Part shown: piece after piece, positions 51,651 through 64,000 of the stretch
How positions within the stretch are numbered: position 1 is the first letter of the stretch
How the letters are laid out: each line of letters opens with the position of its first letter
Source of the DNA: Haliotis cracherodii
Lineage: Eukaryota
Length of the DNA: 64,000 nucleotides
NCBI RefSeq assembly: GCF_022045235.1
Contig: NW_027266275.1
Location: 58,094,001-58,158,000 of the forward strand
Reading direction: 5' to 3'
Made by a program: the position numbers and the translations under genes
The notes under the pieces: model-generated
What the model was told of the DNA's origin: nothing
The model's database searches: none
Seen by the model: the letters and a program-made list of their open reading frames with translations, nothing else

Positions 51651-52335
51651 ATGACAAATGGAAAGGAATACATCTAAGACTGAAGTCGAAGAATAGAGAA
51701 AAAAAGATTTCTTCCTTTTTATTTAATCCTGAAAGTGAGAATTGACTCTTATGTCACATTGTCAGTACCAAGCATGATATTTCTGAGCTGAAGTGGACAC
51801 TGGGTCTTAAAAACAAGATCGAGAAAAGTGAACTGTGGATGAAGTCTAAGTGAAGATCATCAATGAAGGAACGGATATCAGCAACAAGTAACCATGACGA
51901 CTATCATCGGTTTGCTTAAAAGCGTGAAAAATAGGGCAAGTGGTGAATTTGAAAAGTTGTTTTGTTTATCCACAAATTTTGTTTCAATTGTTTATGTATT
52001 TCCATAATGAATTACATTTGTCAAAGGTTAAAGGCAAATTTAAATTTCAGACCAGATGCCTCAGAGAATGTGATAGGATTTGGTTTTGTATGTTGAGGTT
52101 TCTAAATAATTTAACTTTAAATAATCTTTTCATAACAAATATACAAGAACATTTGTGTCCAGTAATTGATTGCTATGGGCATAACATGGGTAAAAAACAT
52201 GAAAGTTAAGGGCAATGTTGGTTAAAACCTCAAAGATTTAATCTTGGCACAAAGTCCATTTGCTCTCTTACAAAGTAACCTGTCTACATTCTACAAGAAT
52301 GTGGGCCTTCACTTGATTAATTTCATTTCAAAATA

Positions 52336-52497
52336 GGGGCGGTCGGGTAGCCTAGTGGTTTAAGCGTTCGCTCGTCACGCCAAAGACCCGGGTCCGATTC
52401 CCAACATGGGTACAATGTGTGAAGCCCATTTCTGGTGTCCCCCGCCGTGATATTGCTGGAATTTTGCTTAAAGCGGCGTAAAACCATACTCACTCAC
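52336..52497 (+). mobile_element. tRNA-derived SINE family A, young full-length copy
   Basis: 13-bp TSD TCATTTCAAAATA; CpGs retained. Confidence 0.92.
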
Positions 52498-53010
52498 TCA
52501 TTTCAAAATAATTGTGATAATGCTTTAGCTGGGCGTGATGTGTTGGTGTGCAATAACCCCATGTTCTTTGCTTTTGCTCCCATGCTCTAAGCTTTGGAAA
52601 TCTGCTGGAGACAACCACAGCGAGGATAGTGTAGGTTTGTACCCTCCATGCATGTTCATTGCATGCTGCTGTAACACGCTGTAGGCGTCAGAGTGGCACA
52701 TAGCTTGTCCATAGCGGTATTAATTTCACGTACACATGCAGCACAAACAGTTGTTGGTTCAACTGATCAGTTCATACTTACAGTATGTAGCTGTGTAGTC
52801 ATATTGCTAACTTTCTAACACTAGATTATCTGTAATAATGTTATTTGTATGAAACATTTGATAATACCTAGTAATGTTATAAAACTGATTTAGATCTGTG
52901 ACATGCCAAATGGATGTTTTTGATAATGGGAGATGATTATGTAAATGTATCACATTGGTTCGACTAGACTAACCTCTACAGAAAATAACAGTTTTTCAAT
53001 TATCTTAATA

Positions 53011-53170
53011 GGGTTGCCCAGTTGTCAAAGGTGCCGCAATTCGTTGTGCAGAGTTGCGTCCCTTGTGCACACCAGAAACCTATAATTGTGGGTTCGAATC
53101 CCGGTTCGCCTCGATTATGTTTTTAGGTTTGTCAACACCATACCCATGCTCCTGGGTTTCACTCACTCAC
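53011..53170 (+). mobile_element. SINE family C, internally deleted copy with TSD
   Basis: 15-bp TSD TCAATTATCTTAATA. Confidence 0.85.
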
Positions 53171-53504
53171 TCAATTATCTTAATAAAAATATAATAGAAA
53201 GGAGCCCAGAGACTCTCTCCTGATACTGCAATAATCTAGACTTGCAAAGCATTATAGACTTGCATTGGCTGTATTTGATATATTTATATCAGGGTCTGTC
53301 AGACAGACTAGGGTTAGACTAATATCAGTGGGTGTGCACCCCTGCTCTAGGCATGCCAGAAGGACAGAATGTAGCTTAACAACAAAGGGATAAATCTCCA
53401 TTTTACCAGTTGCTGAGAAAAAATTTTTAGATCACTATTTTGTATATTAAAGACAAGATCATATTAGCTATCCTACACAGGACAGAATATTGTTTCTTAC
53501 AATC

Positions 53505-54060
53505 ATCAGGTATGGGTTTTCCAGTCGTGGAAGGCACCACAGTTCACTGCAGAGTTGCTTCCCTTGGGCACACCAGAAACCTATGATCATGGGTTCAAAA
53601 CTCAGTTCTCCCTGATTATGTTTCTTGGTTTGTCAGCACCGTACTCGTGCTCATGGTAGATGTCCAAGACATGCTTTGGGCTTTCCTTCCAAATGAACCT
53701 GACATGCTGTGATATAACTGAAATATTGTTCCAAGTGGTGTTGGGGGCACAGGTGGCTCAGTCGTCTAAGGTGCCGCGATTCGCTGTGCAGAGTTGCGTC
53801 CCTTGGGCGCGTCAGAAACCTATGATTGTGGGTTCGAATCCCGGTTTGCCCCGATTATGTTTCTAGGTTTCTAAGCACCATACCCGTGCCCATGGGTTTC
53901 ACCAAAGTGGTAAACATCTGAGACCTGCGTCACTTTGAGGTTTCCTCCCACATTAAGCTGACACGCCGTGATATGACTGGAATAATATTAAAAGCGGCGT
54001 TAAACCCAACTCACTCACTCACTCCAAGTGGTGTTAAACCAAATTCACTCTCTCTCTCAT
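53505..54060 (+). mobile_element. Older SINE family C copy interrupted by a younger copy
   Basis: Tail split at TCCAAGTGGTGTT; resumes AAACCAAATTCACTC. Confidence 0.75.
53743..54022 (+). mobile_element. SINE family C, young full-length copy (tRNA-Leu/Ser-like head, V-domain-like GGTTTCCTCCCAC)
   Basis: 13-bp TSD TCCAAGTGGTGTT (53730-53742, 54023-54035); A box TGGCTCAGTCG, B box GGTTCGAATCC. Confidence 0.9.
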
Positions 54061-55525
54061 AGACTTGCAGACTTTTCATGAAGTTTTTCATGATTTAACT
54101 GAGACGATATCTATTAAAATGACAGAAATACTACTCTCTTTTTTAACCCCACACAAACAAAACCAAAATCTTGACAAACAGCTGATGCCATGTGATACTC
54201 TCAGTTCTGTTTGCTCTGACACTATGAATGCAGTGAGTATATATTTGGTGTGTCTTGTGGTAAAGGGGGTCTTTCTCTTCTCTGTTCTGTGGTCTTGATG
54301 GGTGTTTTTCTGTTTCCTTTCTGTGGTGTTTTTTGTACACAATTATTGACAAAGGTGTGAATCAAATGTGTCATTGCACATGAAACTGTTCATGCCATTG
54401 TTCTACTTCACTCAATGTATGAAGTGTGTTATTAGCAGTGACTGATTTCGGTTCACGTCTTGCAGTGTATCACTGTCACATCTGTCATGCTCTTTTCAAG
54501 TCTATTTCACTCACCTTTGTTTTCATATATGTTGTTCATTAGTACATACTTTTTAATTTTATGTTTTTTTGTGAATATTTATTTTTGGTGTATTCTTTAT
54601 GTAATTTATGTTATTTTGTTTGTATAAAAAAACAGAATTCAGTGAAACCTTAAATTATAAAATTTTGCCCTAAAAACCATGTTTGAAAAAGTATACAGAT
54701 TTTTATCATTTCAGTTGGACGTAATGTTTCAAAATTATATTTTCTTGAATTGTAATCGAAAGACCAATAACTTTTATATGTTTATCATTGCAAATTGTCA
54801 TCAATTCCTCAGGTTTCACAAATTGTTTGTTTTTTCATACTGAAAAAATATGATCAGCTGCAGTGCAGTCTACATGAACCAGCACAGCTAGACCAAATCT
54901 TATCCAGACTGAGAGACTTGGAGGTTAAATACAAGTATTGCATGCTGGTTCTGCAAGCCTAATTGTAAGACTACCGGTATATAAGTGCTTGGTCAAACTG
55001 CACTGCAGGTTGTTTCTGTTGGGGATTTAAACGGCGATGTGTTTTTTTTGGTTGTCTCAGTAACATTTACTTTAGTGAGATAGGTTTCTTTTTATTGTAT
55101 TTGTAGTAGCATTTACACAAGAAAAATCTTACATAACAATGATTTGCTAATGCCATGTGCAGCTATTAATCTTTGCTTGTTAAAACATTGTAGAAATCAC
55201 ATCACATATAATCATATCACATAGTATTAATCCTTAACACATATGCTATTTATATTATTAACATTATTAACCCTTAATACCAGCTTTCAGGCTTCATGAA
55301 AGGCAATAAGAGTTTATTAGTTTGATGATTTATACATTAATCAACATTTGTGGCACCTGAAACATGAATTCATGTGTTGATGCAACTGAAACAATGTGTA
55401 AGCCAAAGGATGACATGTCTTCAACAAATTACTTTTTCATTGGAATCACCATCCCTACAATTTGATCCTGATTTCTTTGTTCTATTAATTAACCCATATC
55501 CATTCCATGGCAGTCTTAATTATAC

Positions 55526-55685
55526 GTGGCGGTCGGATAGCGTAGTGGTTAAAGCGTACGCTCGTCACGCCAAAGACCCGGGTTCGATTTCAGACATGGG
55601 TACAATGTGTGAAGCCCATTTCTGGTACCCCGTCATGGTTTTGCTGAAATATTGCTAAAAGCAGCTTAAAACCATACTCACTCAC
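55526..55685 (+). mobile_element. tRNA-derived SINE family A
   Basis: TSD TCTTAATTATAC / TCTTAACGATAC. Confidence 0.88.
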
Positions 55686-56274
55686 TCTTAACGATACTGA
55701 TAAGAACCATATTTATATGTCTATGACATTTGAGGAATTTGAAAAAAGGAAAATTGACTGCCTGCTCCTCATGTATTTCCCAAGTTCCAAAAGTACCAAG
55801 AATGGATTGTTTGTGGGTTGTGTTTTTTCTTCTTTCATAGGATGGTCAACTTTCAAATCACAAAATGATAAACCAAATCGATATATATATTTTTACCATC
55901 CACTTTGCTGCCAACAATACAACACATTCCAATATATGCGCAATATCATCAAACACAGAATTGGGAAATTCATGTTCTTAAGTCACCAATAAGCAGGCTG
56001 TTGAATGTGTTAGGTACTGTAGTTTACTATTGTGGACGTCTTGTCTCCTTCTTGCTATTTAAACATGTCTTCTTGATGTTTCAGAATGGAGGATAAGGCA
56101 GACCTTGATCTGAGAACTAATCCTGGCCATGAGTTTCTCTACATCAATGTTGGTAGTTTTGATACTTACCTTTGATACTTCCTGTGATGACGCCACGACT
56201 GGTGACTGACCGGATCAAGACATTAGTGTAGAATGGTTGTGTGATTGCAGTTGACCTTAGAGGTTGTAATAACA

Positions 56275-56947
56275 TTGAGGGGATGCTACTGGCTGACCTG
56301 AAGCTGACCTGATGTTGTAGATCACAGGTGGAAACTTAGGCCCTGATGACATTGTTGTGATGATGCCATCACTGAGGGGATGCTACTGGCTGACCTGAAG
56401 CTGACCTGATGTTGTAGATCACAGGTGGAAACTAAGGCCCTGATGACATTGTTGTGATGATGCCATCACTGAGGGGATGCTACTGGCTGACCTGAAGCTG
56501 ACCTGATGTTGTAGATCACAGGTGGAAACTAAGGCCCTGATGACATTGTTGTGATGATGCCATCACTGAGGGGATGCTACTGGCTGACCTGAAGCTGACC
56601 TGATGTTGTAGATCACAGGTGGAAACTTAGGCCCTGATGACATTGTTGTGATGATGCCATCATTGAGGGGATGCTACTGGCTGACCTGAAGCTGACCTGA
56701 TGTTGTAGATTACAGGTGGAAACTTAGGCCCTGATGACATTGTTGTGATGATGCCATCACTGAGGGGATGCTACTGGCTGACCTGAAGCTGACCTGATGT
56801 TGTAGATTACAGGTGGAAACTTAGGCCCTGATGACATTGTTGTGATGATGCCATCACTGAGGGGATGCTACTGGCTGACCTGAAGCTGACCTGATTACAG
56901 GTGAAAACTTAAGCCTTAAACTTGTTGTGGTGAAGCCATCATTGAGG
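56275..56947. repeat. 97-bp tandem repeat, 6 near-identical units plus a degenerate 7th
   Basis: GAGGGGATGCT recurs at 56277, 56374, 56471, 56568, 56665, 56762, 56859. Confidence 0.95.
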
Positions 56948-57471
56948 TCTAATCTGAATGGATGATTCAGACACTTATCTGTGACAAGAGTTACGTACGA
57001 TCAGCAGCAACCTGCCACAATATCACCCGTATCCTTCAGGTCCAGTTGTTGTTAGGAGCGATGCGTCATCCACCATTGGAAACCAGACAGAGGACTAGAT
57101 TTTCAATTATATCTCGCATCATCAACCTCATCATCAAGCTTTGGTGGTGTATCGAGTGATAAACATTGTCAGTTTTTGTTCCAATATCCCTTGGTTATCA
57201 TGGTCCTCAAGCTTCGCTGATGATCCATGTATCCATCGACGATACTTCACAAGCATTGTCAACACTTCATGAGTTTGTGTACCCTCCCATCACCAGTGAA
57301 TACATATGTCCGCCATGCGGTGTAAAGTGACTTGTGACTTGTTTTAGTAAGCTAATGAAATGAGGCCTTTTTAAGCTCAAGGTAGGTCATGAACCCTTCC
57401 ATGTGCATAAACTTAATGTGAAACCTTCAACTGTCTGCAACAAAGGCATTGCATGAAGTTACAAGGTCATG

Positions 57472-58023
57472 AGGTTGTCAAGGGAGACACATTGCTGTCC
57501 GTGGGATGTAAGCAGGACACTCATTGGTTGCACAGGTTGTCAAGGGAGACACATTGTTGTTTGTGGGATGTAAGCTGGGCACTCATCGGTTTCACAGGTT
57601 GTCAAGGGAGAAACATTGCTGTTCATGGGATGTAAGCAGGACACTCATTGGTTGCAGAGGTTGTCAAGGGAGAAACATTGCTGTTTGTGGGATGTAAGCT
57701 GGGCACTCATCGGTTTCACAGGTTGTCAAGGGAGAAACATTGCTGTTCGTGGGATGTAAGCTGGGCACTCATTGGTTGCACAGGTTGTCTAGGGAGACTC
57801 ATTGCTGTCCGTGGGATGTAAGCAGGACACTCATTGGTTGCACAGGTTGTCAAGGGAGAAACATTGCTTTCCGTGTGATGTAAGCTGGGCACTCATTGGT
57901 TGCACAGGTTGTCAAGGGAGAAACATTGCTGTCCGTGGGATGTAAGCAGGACACTCATTGGTTGCACAGGTTGTCAAGGGAGAAACATTGCTGTTCGTGG
58001 GATGTTAGCAGGACACTCATTGG
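57472..58023. repeat. 62-bp tandem repeat, about 9 units
   Basis: GGTTGTCAAGGGAGA every 62 bp from 57473. Confidence 0.95.
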
Positions 58024-60150
58024 ACTAAGGACTTGCTGCTCAGTAAAACCTGGCCTTTGCTTGATTCATTGGTTAAAAATAGGCAAAGCAGTTGATGTAT
58101 TCACGGGTGAAGGAGGAATGTTGTGCTTACAGTACCTCACATTAAGATTATCCTGATGCAGGATCTCCATTCTCTTGTTGGTGTTAGCAACATATTTCAG
58201 CAGGACATGTTTTTTACAAATGATGCTTCTCTGACCTCAAAATCTCAATGAGATCAAATTCGGGAAAATGTATTTGAAGATAGCAGGAGACATATATGTG
58301 GTTTCTAAAGAAGGAACATGTATCATTAACATAATGAGTTTGGCGACATATTTCCTCCTCAAGTTGTATAATGTGGTAAATAAGAGAAGAAGCCTGTGAT
58401 AGACAGTATGTATTAAGTCAGCCTGCAAAGTGAACACTTCCAGAAACAAGATGGCCAGTAATGGTTCAAGGGAGATAACCCACTAATCTGGAGAAAGTGG
58501 CTACAAACTCTTCAAGGAGACTCACACTCATCCGTGAAAACCAGCTGGCCACCTTTTTCATCAGTCTCATTGTGTACTGTTGCACTGACGCCTTGCACTG
58601 TCATGACCTGTCAAAAATGTGAGTGTGCAGCCGACGAACGGCAAGTCTTCCCCAGCTCTGATTGCTTTGATAATGTAGTAGTGATTCTTCAGCGTATCAA
58701 ACTACAGAGGGATGTAAGATGTGCAATGTAGCAGGTCTTTTGTTCAAATGTTTTTTTAAAGTCACAGCCAATCTTAAGATGTGTTTTATGCTATAGTTTT
58801 AATGTAAATATGATAAATGTTTTATATAATGGTCCCATATAATGGTCATATTGATATATGAGTGGGTTGAGTTGTGACCACTGCATTTGTTATTTTTCCT
58901 ATGGCTTTTGCAGCTTGAACCTGCCTACAATATATACAGCTGATTTAATGTGTACTGGACCTTGTTTCATGTCATGTCATTGTATGTGATAGCTCAGTTA
59001 TTCCGTCGATCAATGCTGTGATCAGAGTTACCTCCCTTCCTCTGCCAGCTTGAATGCTTGCTTGTGTGTGCAACAACAATAATGTATTGAAATCAGAGAG
59101 CCTCGATACAGAATAGTGCATAACGTGAATGTCCAAAGGAAACCTTTCTTAAAAGATGTATACTGTAGATAAATAATGGCATTCAGAGAACACGGGGTGA
59201 ATTTGTAATGCAAATGTGTATAGAAATATAGCAAATGCAGAACTGAACATTATGCAAATGTATTTATGGTGACGATAGATGAGATTTGTGTCAAAACTAA
59301 AATGTTACAAATCTATTAATCAAATATTATATTACAAATATGTGCATGTGCATGTGTGAAATATTATGCTGTATTTTCAAAATGAAGTGGAGGTTTAAAT
59401 CTTCCATTGAATGATGCCAAAGTTACAAGGCTACCATGGCAACAAGATTTTCTTTGATCTGGAAATCTGGACTACAAGGGCAAGAATAGCTATGTGGGGA
59501 GAAGTATTTGATAGGTATGCGATGAAAGGTTGAAGAAATCATTGATTACTGTTTCCGAGGTATAAGCTGAATGTACTCCTTGATTACACCCACTCTGTAT
59601 GATGTAGTTAGCAGCTGGGCCTCCACACTGATTTGTAGACCTCTCCCTTTCCTGCACTGACTTCGTTATGGTAGGGACAAAAAGAAATATTTGTTTCCTA
59701 CTTCGGCTTTTGCAAAATAGGGCAGGAAGGTATTTTTATTTTATATTTTATTGCTTTATTATTGTATTGAAAAAAAAATTGCAGTCTTTGCAGAACACAT
59801 CATTTTGTGGACTTGGGTAAACAGTCAGGAAACTGGAAACACATTTTGAGGGGGCGGACTAGGATAAAAACAAAATTACAGATATTTGTTTTCTGCACAT
59901 TTTGGTGTAGGCTCATCTAAACAATAAAAATGTTTTGTCCAAAATAATCAGTTACAGAAAGCTAAGTGGTCACAAGTGTAAACACATTTGTTTTTTTAGT
60001 TTTTCTATTTTTCTAAATTTCAGTTTGGCTTGTCTGTAAAACAAGAAGCAGCCCTGGCCTTATGTGTTCTACAAAGATAAAGGTGCCTGGAGTTCTATTC
60101 AGGTGCACTGAAACCAGGGTTTGCTTCTACTGGGAACCAACCTTTTAATA

Positions 60151-60519
60151 CCGTATTTGACGTAATAAGCGCCCGGGATGCTCTCAAACTTAGAAATAGG
60201 GGGTTCCTATTAGAACATAATTTTGGTGAGAAAAAAAAACAGGTGAAAGATCATAAACTTTGTGGTTTATGCTGACAGTGAAATGATACAAAAGAAAAGT
60301 CTGTGTGTATCATACACGACAGATATATTTTCCAGAATTTAATTGCCAATAATTAAGGGTGCATATAACACATAAGTGCGTATTATACACAAATAAATAA
60401 GACTTATGTACATTGATCAATCGGAAGGTGTGCTAATTGGGATTGTTCTCTAGCCAATATATTAGCAAATATCGCGGTGGGCGCTCATTAGAACAGGACG
60501 CTTATTACGTCGAATACGG
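60151..60519. mobile_element. MITE (CCGTATT family)
   Basis: TIRs, TA TSD, body matches the 747 copy without the nested insertion. Confidence 0.9.
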
Positions 60520-61369
60520 TAATCATTTTTATGGTATGGGTATTTTTATGTCACTCCTTCAAGGGGTACAGTTTTGTTGCTCTGGGAGGAGCTCAAGACT
60601 CTTTTGGGGAACCACAACTTGTTTTAATACAAGACAACAAGCCTGTCCGATGAACAATTTGGCTTGGGTGGGGTTGTTGGGGGATGAATCCTCCCAAAAA
60701 ATTCAAAACAATCCTGGGCCACCGCCAAAATATAAAATGGTTGGTCCCTCTTAGATCCAGTATTGGCTGCAAATGGGTATTAGCTCAATTACACTAGCTC
60801 TATTGCTTGTGTGCTTTGTTACCTCATCAATATTGTACACAACAGTATTCTGTTCGTATTCTATCTAGCCTGGATGGCATGGAATATTAGTATATTTATC
60901 AATGTATTCATATAGACAACTAGAGGCAAAAGAATGTCTCTGGTCATATTTCATATCTTTTTTAAGAAACTTCATTCACTAGCTAGTCTTTGGTAGATTT
61001 GTAATCAAATAACTTAGATAGAATGTATAAACAAGGACCTTTTTAAATGTTTATAAGTTTTATCAGTCTTATATTTAATTTTAGTTGAAAGGAATTGTTC
61101 ATAGTACAATATTGATTGAAAGAGCAGACTTTGAACAAAAGAAGACTAGATATAGTCATATGTACTGTGTTGTGTGATGTTACAGAACAATTCACAAAGA
61201 AGAGGAAGCTTCCTTTGTCATAAGGGCTGAAAGAAATGGTGTGCCATGGTACTTGTCTTTACAAACTGACTTTCTTCCTTCTTAATTACAGGTACCACCA
61301 TCTTCATATTTAACAAATATTACCATTCACCATGGTCACAAATACATTTGTCATCATTTAACAATCAGA

Positions 61370-63412
61370 CCATCACATGTAGACTTCATCCTTCACACAT
61401 CGACTTCATCCTCCACAGGTAGACTTCATCCTTTACACATAGACTTCATCATTCACACGTAGACTTTATCCTTCACACGTAGACTTCATTCTTCACACAT
61501 AGACTTCATCCTTCACACATAGACTTCATCCTTCACATGTAGACTTTATCCTTCACATAGACTTCATCCTCCACATGTTGACTTCATCCTCCACATGTAG
61601 ACTTCATCCTTCACACGTAGACTTCATCATTCACACGTAGACTTTATCCTTCACATGTAGACTTTATCCTCCACATGTTGACTTCATCCTTCACACGTAG
61701 ACTTCATCCTTCACACGTTGACTTCATCCTTCACATGTAGACTTCATCCTTCACACATAGACTTTATCCTTCACATGTAGACTTTATCCTTCACATGTAG
61801 ACTTTATCCTTCACATTTAGACTTCATCCTTCACATGTAGACTTCATCCTCCACACAAACTTCATTCTTCACATGTAGACTTCATCCTCCACACAAACTT
61901 CATCATTCACATGTAGACTTCGTCATTCACACATAGACTTCATCATTCACACGTAGACTTTATCCTTCACACGTAGACTTCATTCTTCACACATAGACTT
62001 CATCCTTCACACGTAGACTTCATTCTTCACACGTAGACTTTATCCTTCACACATAGACTTCATTCTTCACACGTAGACTTCATCCTTCACATGTAGACTT
62101 CATCCTTCACACATAGACTTCATCCTTCACATGTAGACTTCATCCTTCACATGTAGACTTCATCCTTCACACATAGACTTCATCCTTCACACGTAGACTT
62201 CATCCTTTATCCTTCACACATAGACCCTATCCTTCACACGTAGACTTCATCCTTTATCCTTCACACCTAGACTTCATCCTTCACACCTAGACTTCATCCT
62301 TCACACGTAGACTTCATCCTTCACACGTAGACTTCACCTTTCACAGGTAGACTTCATTCTTCACACGTAGACTTCATCCTTCACACGTAGACTTCATCAT
62401 TCACGCGTAGACTTCATCATTCACACGTAGACTTCATCCTTCACACAGACTTCATTCTTCACACGTAGACTTCATCCTTCACATGTAGACTTCATCATTA
62501 ACACGTAGACTTCATCCTTCACATGTAGACTTTATCCTTCACATGTAGACTTTATCCTTCACATGTAGACTTTATCCTTCACATTTAGACTTCATCCTTC
62601 ACATGTAGACTTCATCCTCCACACAAACTTCATTCTTCACATGTAGACTTCATCCTCCACACAAACTTCATCATTCACATGTAGACTTCGTCATTCACAC
62701 ATAGACTTCATCATTCACACGTAGACTTTATCCTTCACACGTAGACTTCATTCTTCACACATAGACTTCATCCTTCACACGTAGACTTCATTCTTCACAC
62801 GTAGACTTTATCCTTCACACATAGACTTCATTCTTCACACGTAGACTTCATCCTTCACACGTTGACTTCATCCTTCACATGTAGACTTCATCCTTCACAC
62901 ATAGACTTCATCCTTCACATGTAGACTTCATCCTTCACATGTAGACTTCATCCTTCACACATAGACTTCATCCTTCACACGTAGACTTCATCCTTTATCC
63001 TTCACACGTAGACCCTATCCTTCACACGTAGACTTCATCCTTTATCCTTCACACATAGACTTCATCCTTCACACCTAGACTTCATCCTTCACACGTAGAC
63101 TTCATCCTTCACACGTAGACTTCACCTTTCACAGGTAGACTTCATTCTTCACACGTAGACTTCATCCTTCACACGTAGACTTCATCATTCACGCGTAGAC
63201 TTCATCATTCACACGTAGACTTCATCCTTCACACAGACTTCATTCTTCACACGTAGACTTCATCCTTCACATGTAGACTTCATCATTAACACGTAGACTT
63301 CATCCTTCACATGTAGACTTCATCATTCACACGTAGACTTCATCCTTCACACATAGACTTCATCCTTCACACGTAGACTTCATCCTTCACATGTAGACTT
63401 CATCCTTCACAT
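61370..63412. repeat. 20-bp minisatellite (GTAGACTTCATCCTTCACAC)n, about 100 units
   Basis: Direct inspection; variant units recur in blocks. Confidence 0.97.
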
Positions 63413-63661
63413 CATGCAAATATATATCACTTAAGTCACATATTTTCAGATCAGTTCATATTTAATGACAATGACCGAATGTCCTAAAGATTGTTTTCCA
63501 AACAAGAAATCATGAAAATGTTCAAGAATGTCCAGAGCAGTGCTCATTTTAGTTGCCTCTCATGGGGTACAAGAGACCTTTTCTACCTCGAAATTCCCAA
63601 TAGGGCTTCAAGTATAGAGCGAAATATCACTATCACCTCTTGTGAGGATATTTGGTAATAT

Positions 63662-63975
63662 CTTTTACCTTACCTGACTGAAAGTCTAGTGAGCTTATGT
63701 CATGACACGTCGTCCATCCATCCGTCATTAATCGACTTCATCTCAGAAACTTCAAGGCCTGTGGAGCTGAAACTTTGTATGAATTATTGCAGCTAGGGTC
63801 TCTAATAAAAAAATTCTCACAGAATTCCAGTCGTCCATGGCAGCCATATTGAAAATGTCATTTTTTGCCATTACTCAGCTGTTTCTACATGGATCAAGAC
63901 ATTTGTGATACAAGGAATAACATATACTATTTTGGGGAGCATGTGTTGCTTTTTGGTCAAGCTACCCTTGTTTTC
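63662..63975 (+). mobile_element. Helentron-associated (HINE/DINE-like) element, degenerate
   Basis: T-rich start, GTGAGCT hairpin, CGTCGTCCATCCATCCGTC microsatellite, CTTCATCTCAGAAAC core, ends CTTGTTTT. Confidence 0.5.
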
Positions 63976-64000
63976 TCTTTGTATTTTTACGTTTGCAAAT

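Noticed and set aside
52336-52410. Genuine tRNA genes
   Set aside because: A/B boxes run into SINE bodies with TSDs and microsatellite tails; no clean cloverleaf or terminator
56330-56360. Hammerhead ribozyme in the 97-bp repeat (CTGATGA and GAAAC present)
   Set aside because: No stem III or GUH cleavage triplet after GAAAC, and only a weak stem II; the core cannot be assembled
56275-63412. CRISPR-like arrays
   Set aside because: Head-to-tail tandem repeats without unique spacers, no cas genes, eukaryotic context

Overview
Animal (eukaryotic) genomic DNA. The SINE/MITE repertoire suggests a gastropod mollusc such as abalone (inference). The main gene is a complete + strand PSD/EFA6 Arf6-GEF: 10 phase-compatible coding exons at 19136-37381, about 923 aa, with Sec7, PH and coiled-coil regions and an N-terminal SxIP plus MTED-like microtubule motif. 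It is probably driven by a CpG-rich bidirectional promoter at about 17.6-17.7 kb. The window also holds a full-length, apparently intact I-group LINE (5109-10697, 9-bp TSD) inserted into an older LINE fossil, a decayed DIRS element and a Tc1 fossil in PSD introns, TA-flanked MITEs (one with a nested element flanked by a 5-bp TSD), three tRNA-derived SINE families, a 5S-derived SINE, three minisatellites and an assembly gap. The best candidate for something undescribed is a fourth retroposon family with no tRNA head. Its 5' end folds by eye into a multi-stem, kissing-loop RNA with one compensatory change between copies, and may be a self-cleaving or 5'-processing ribozyme.
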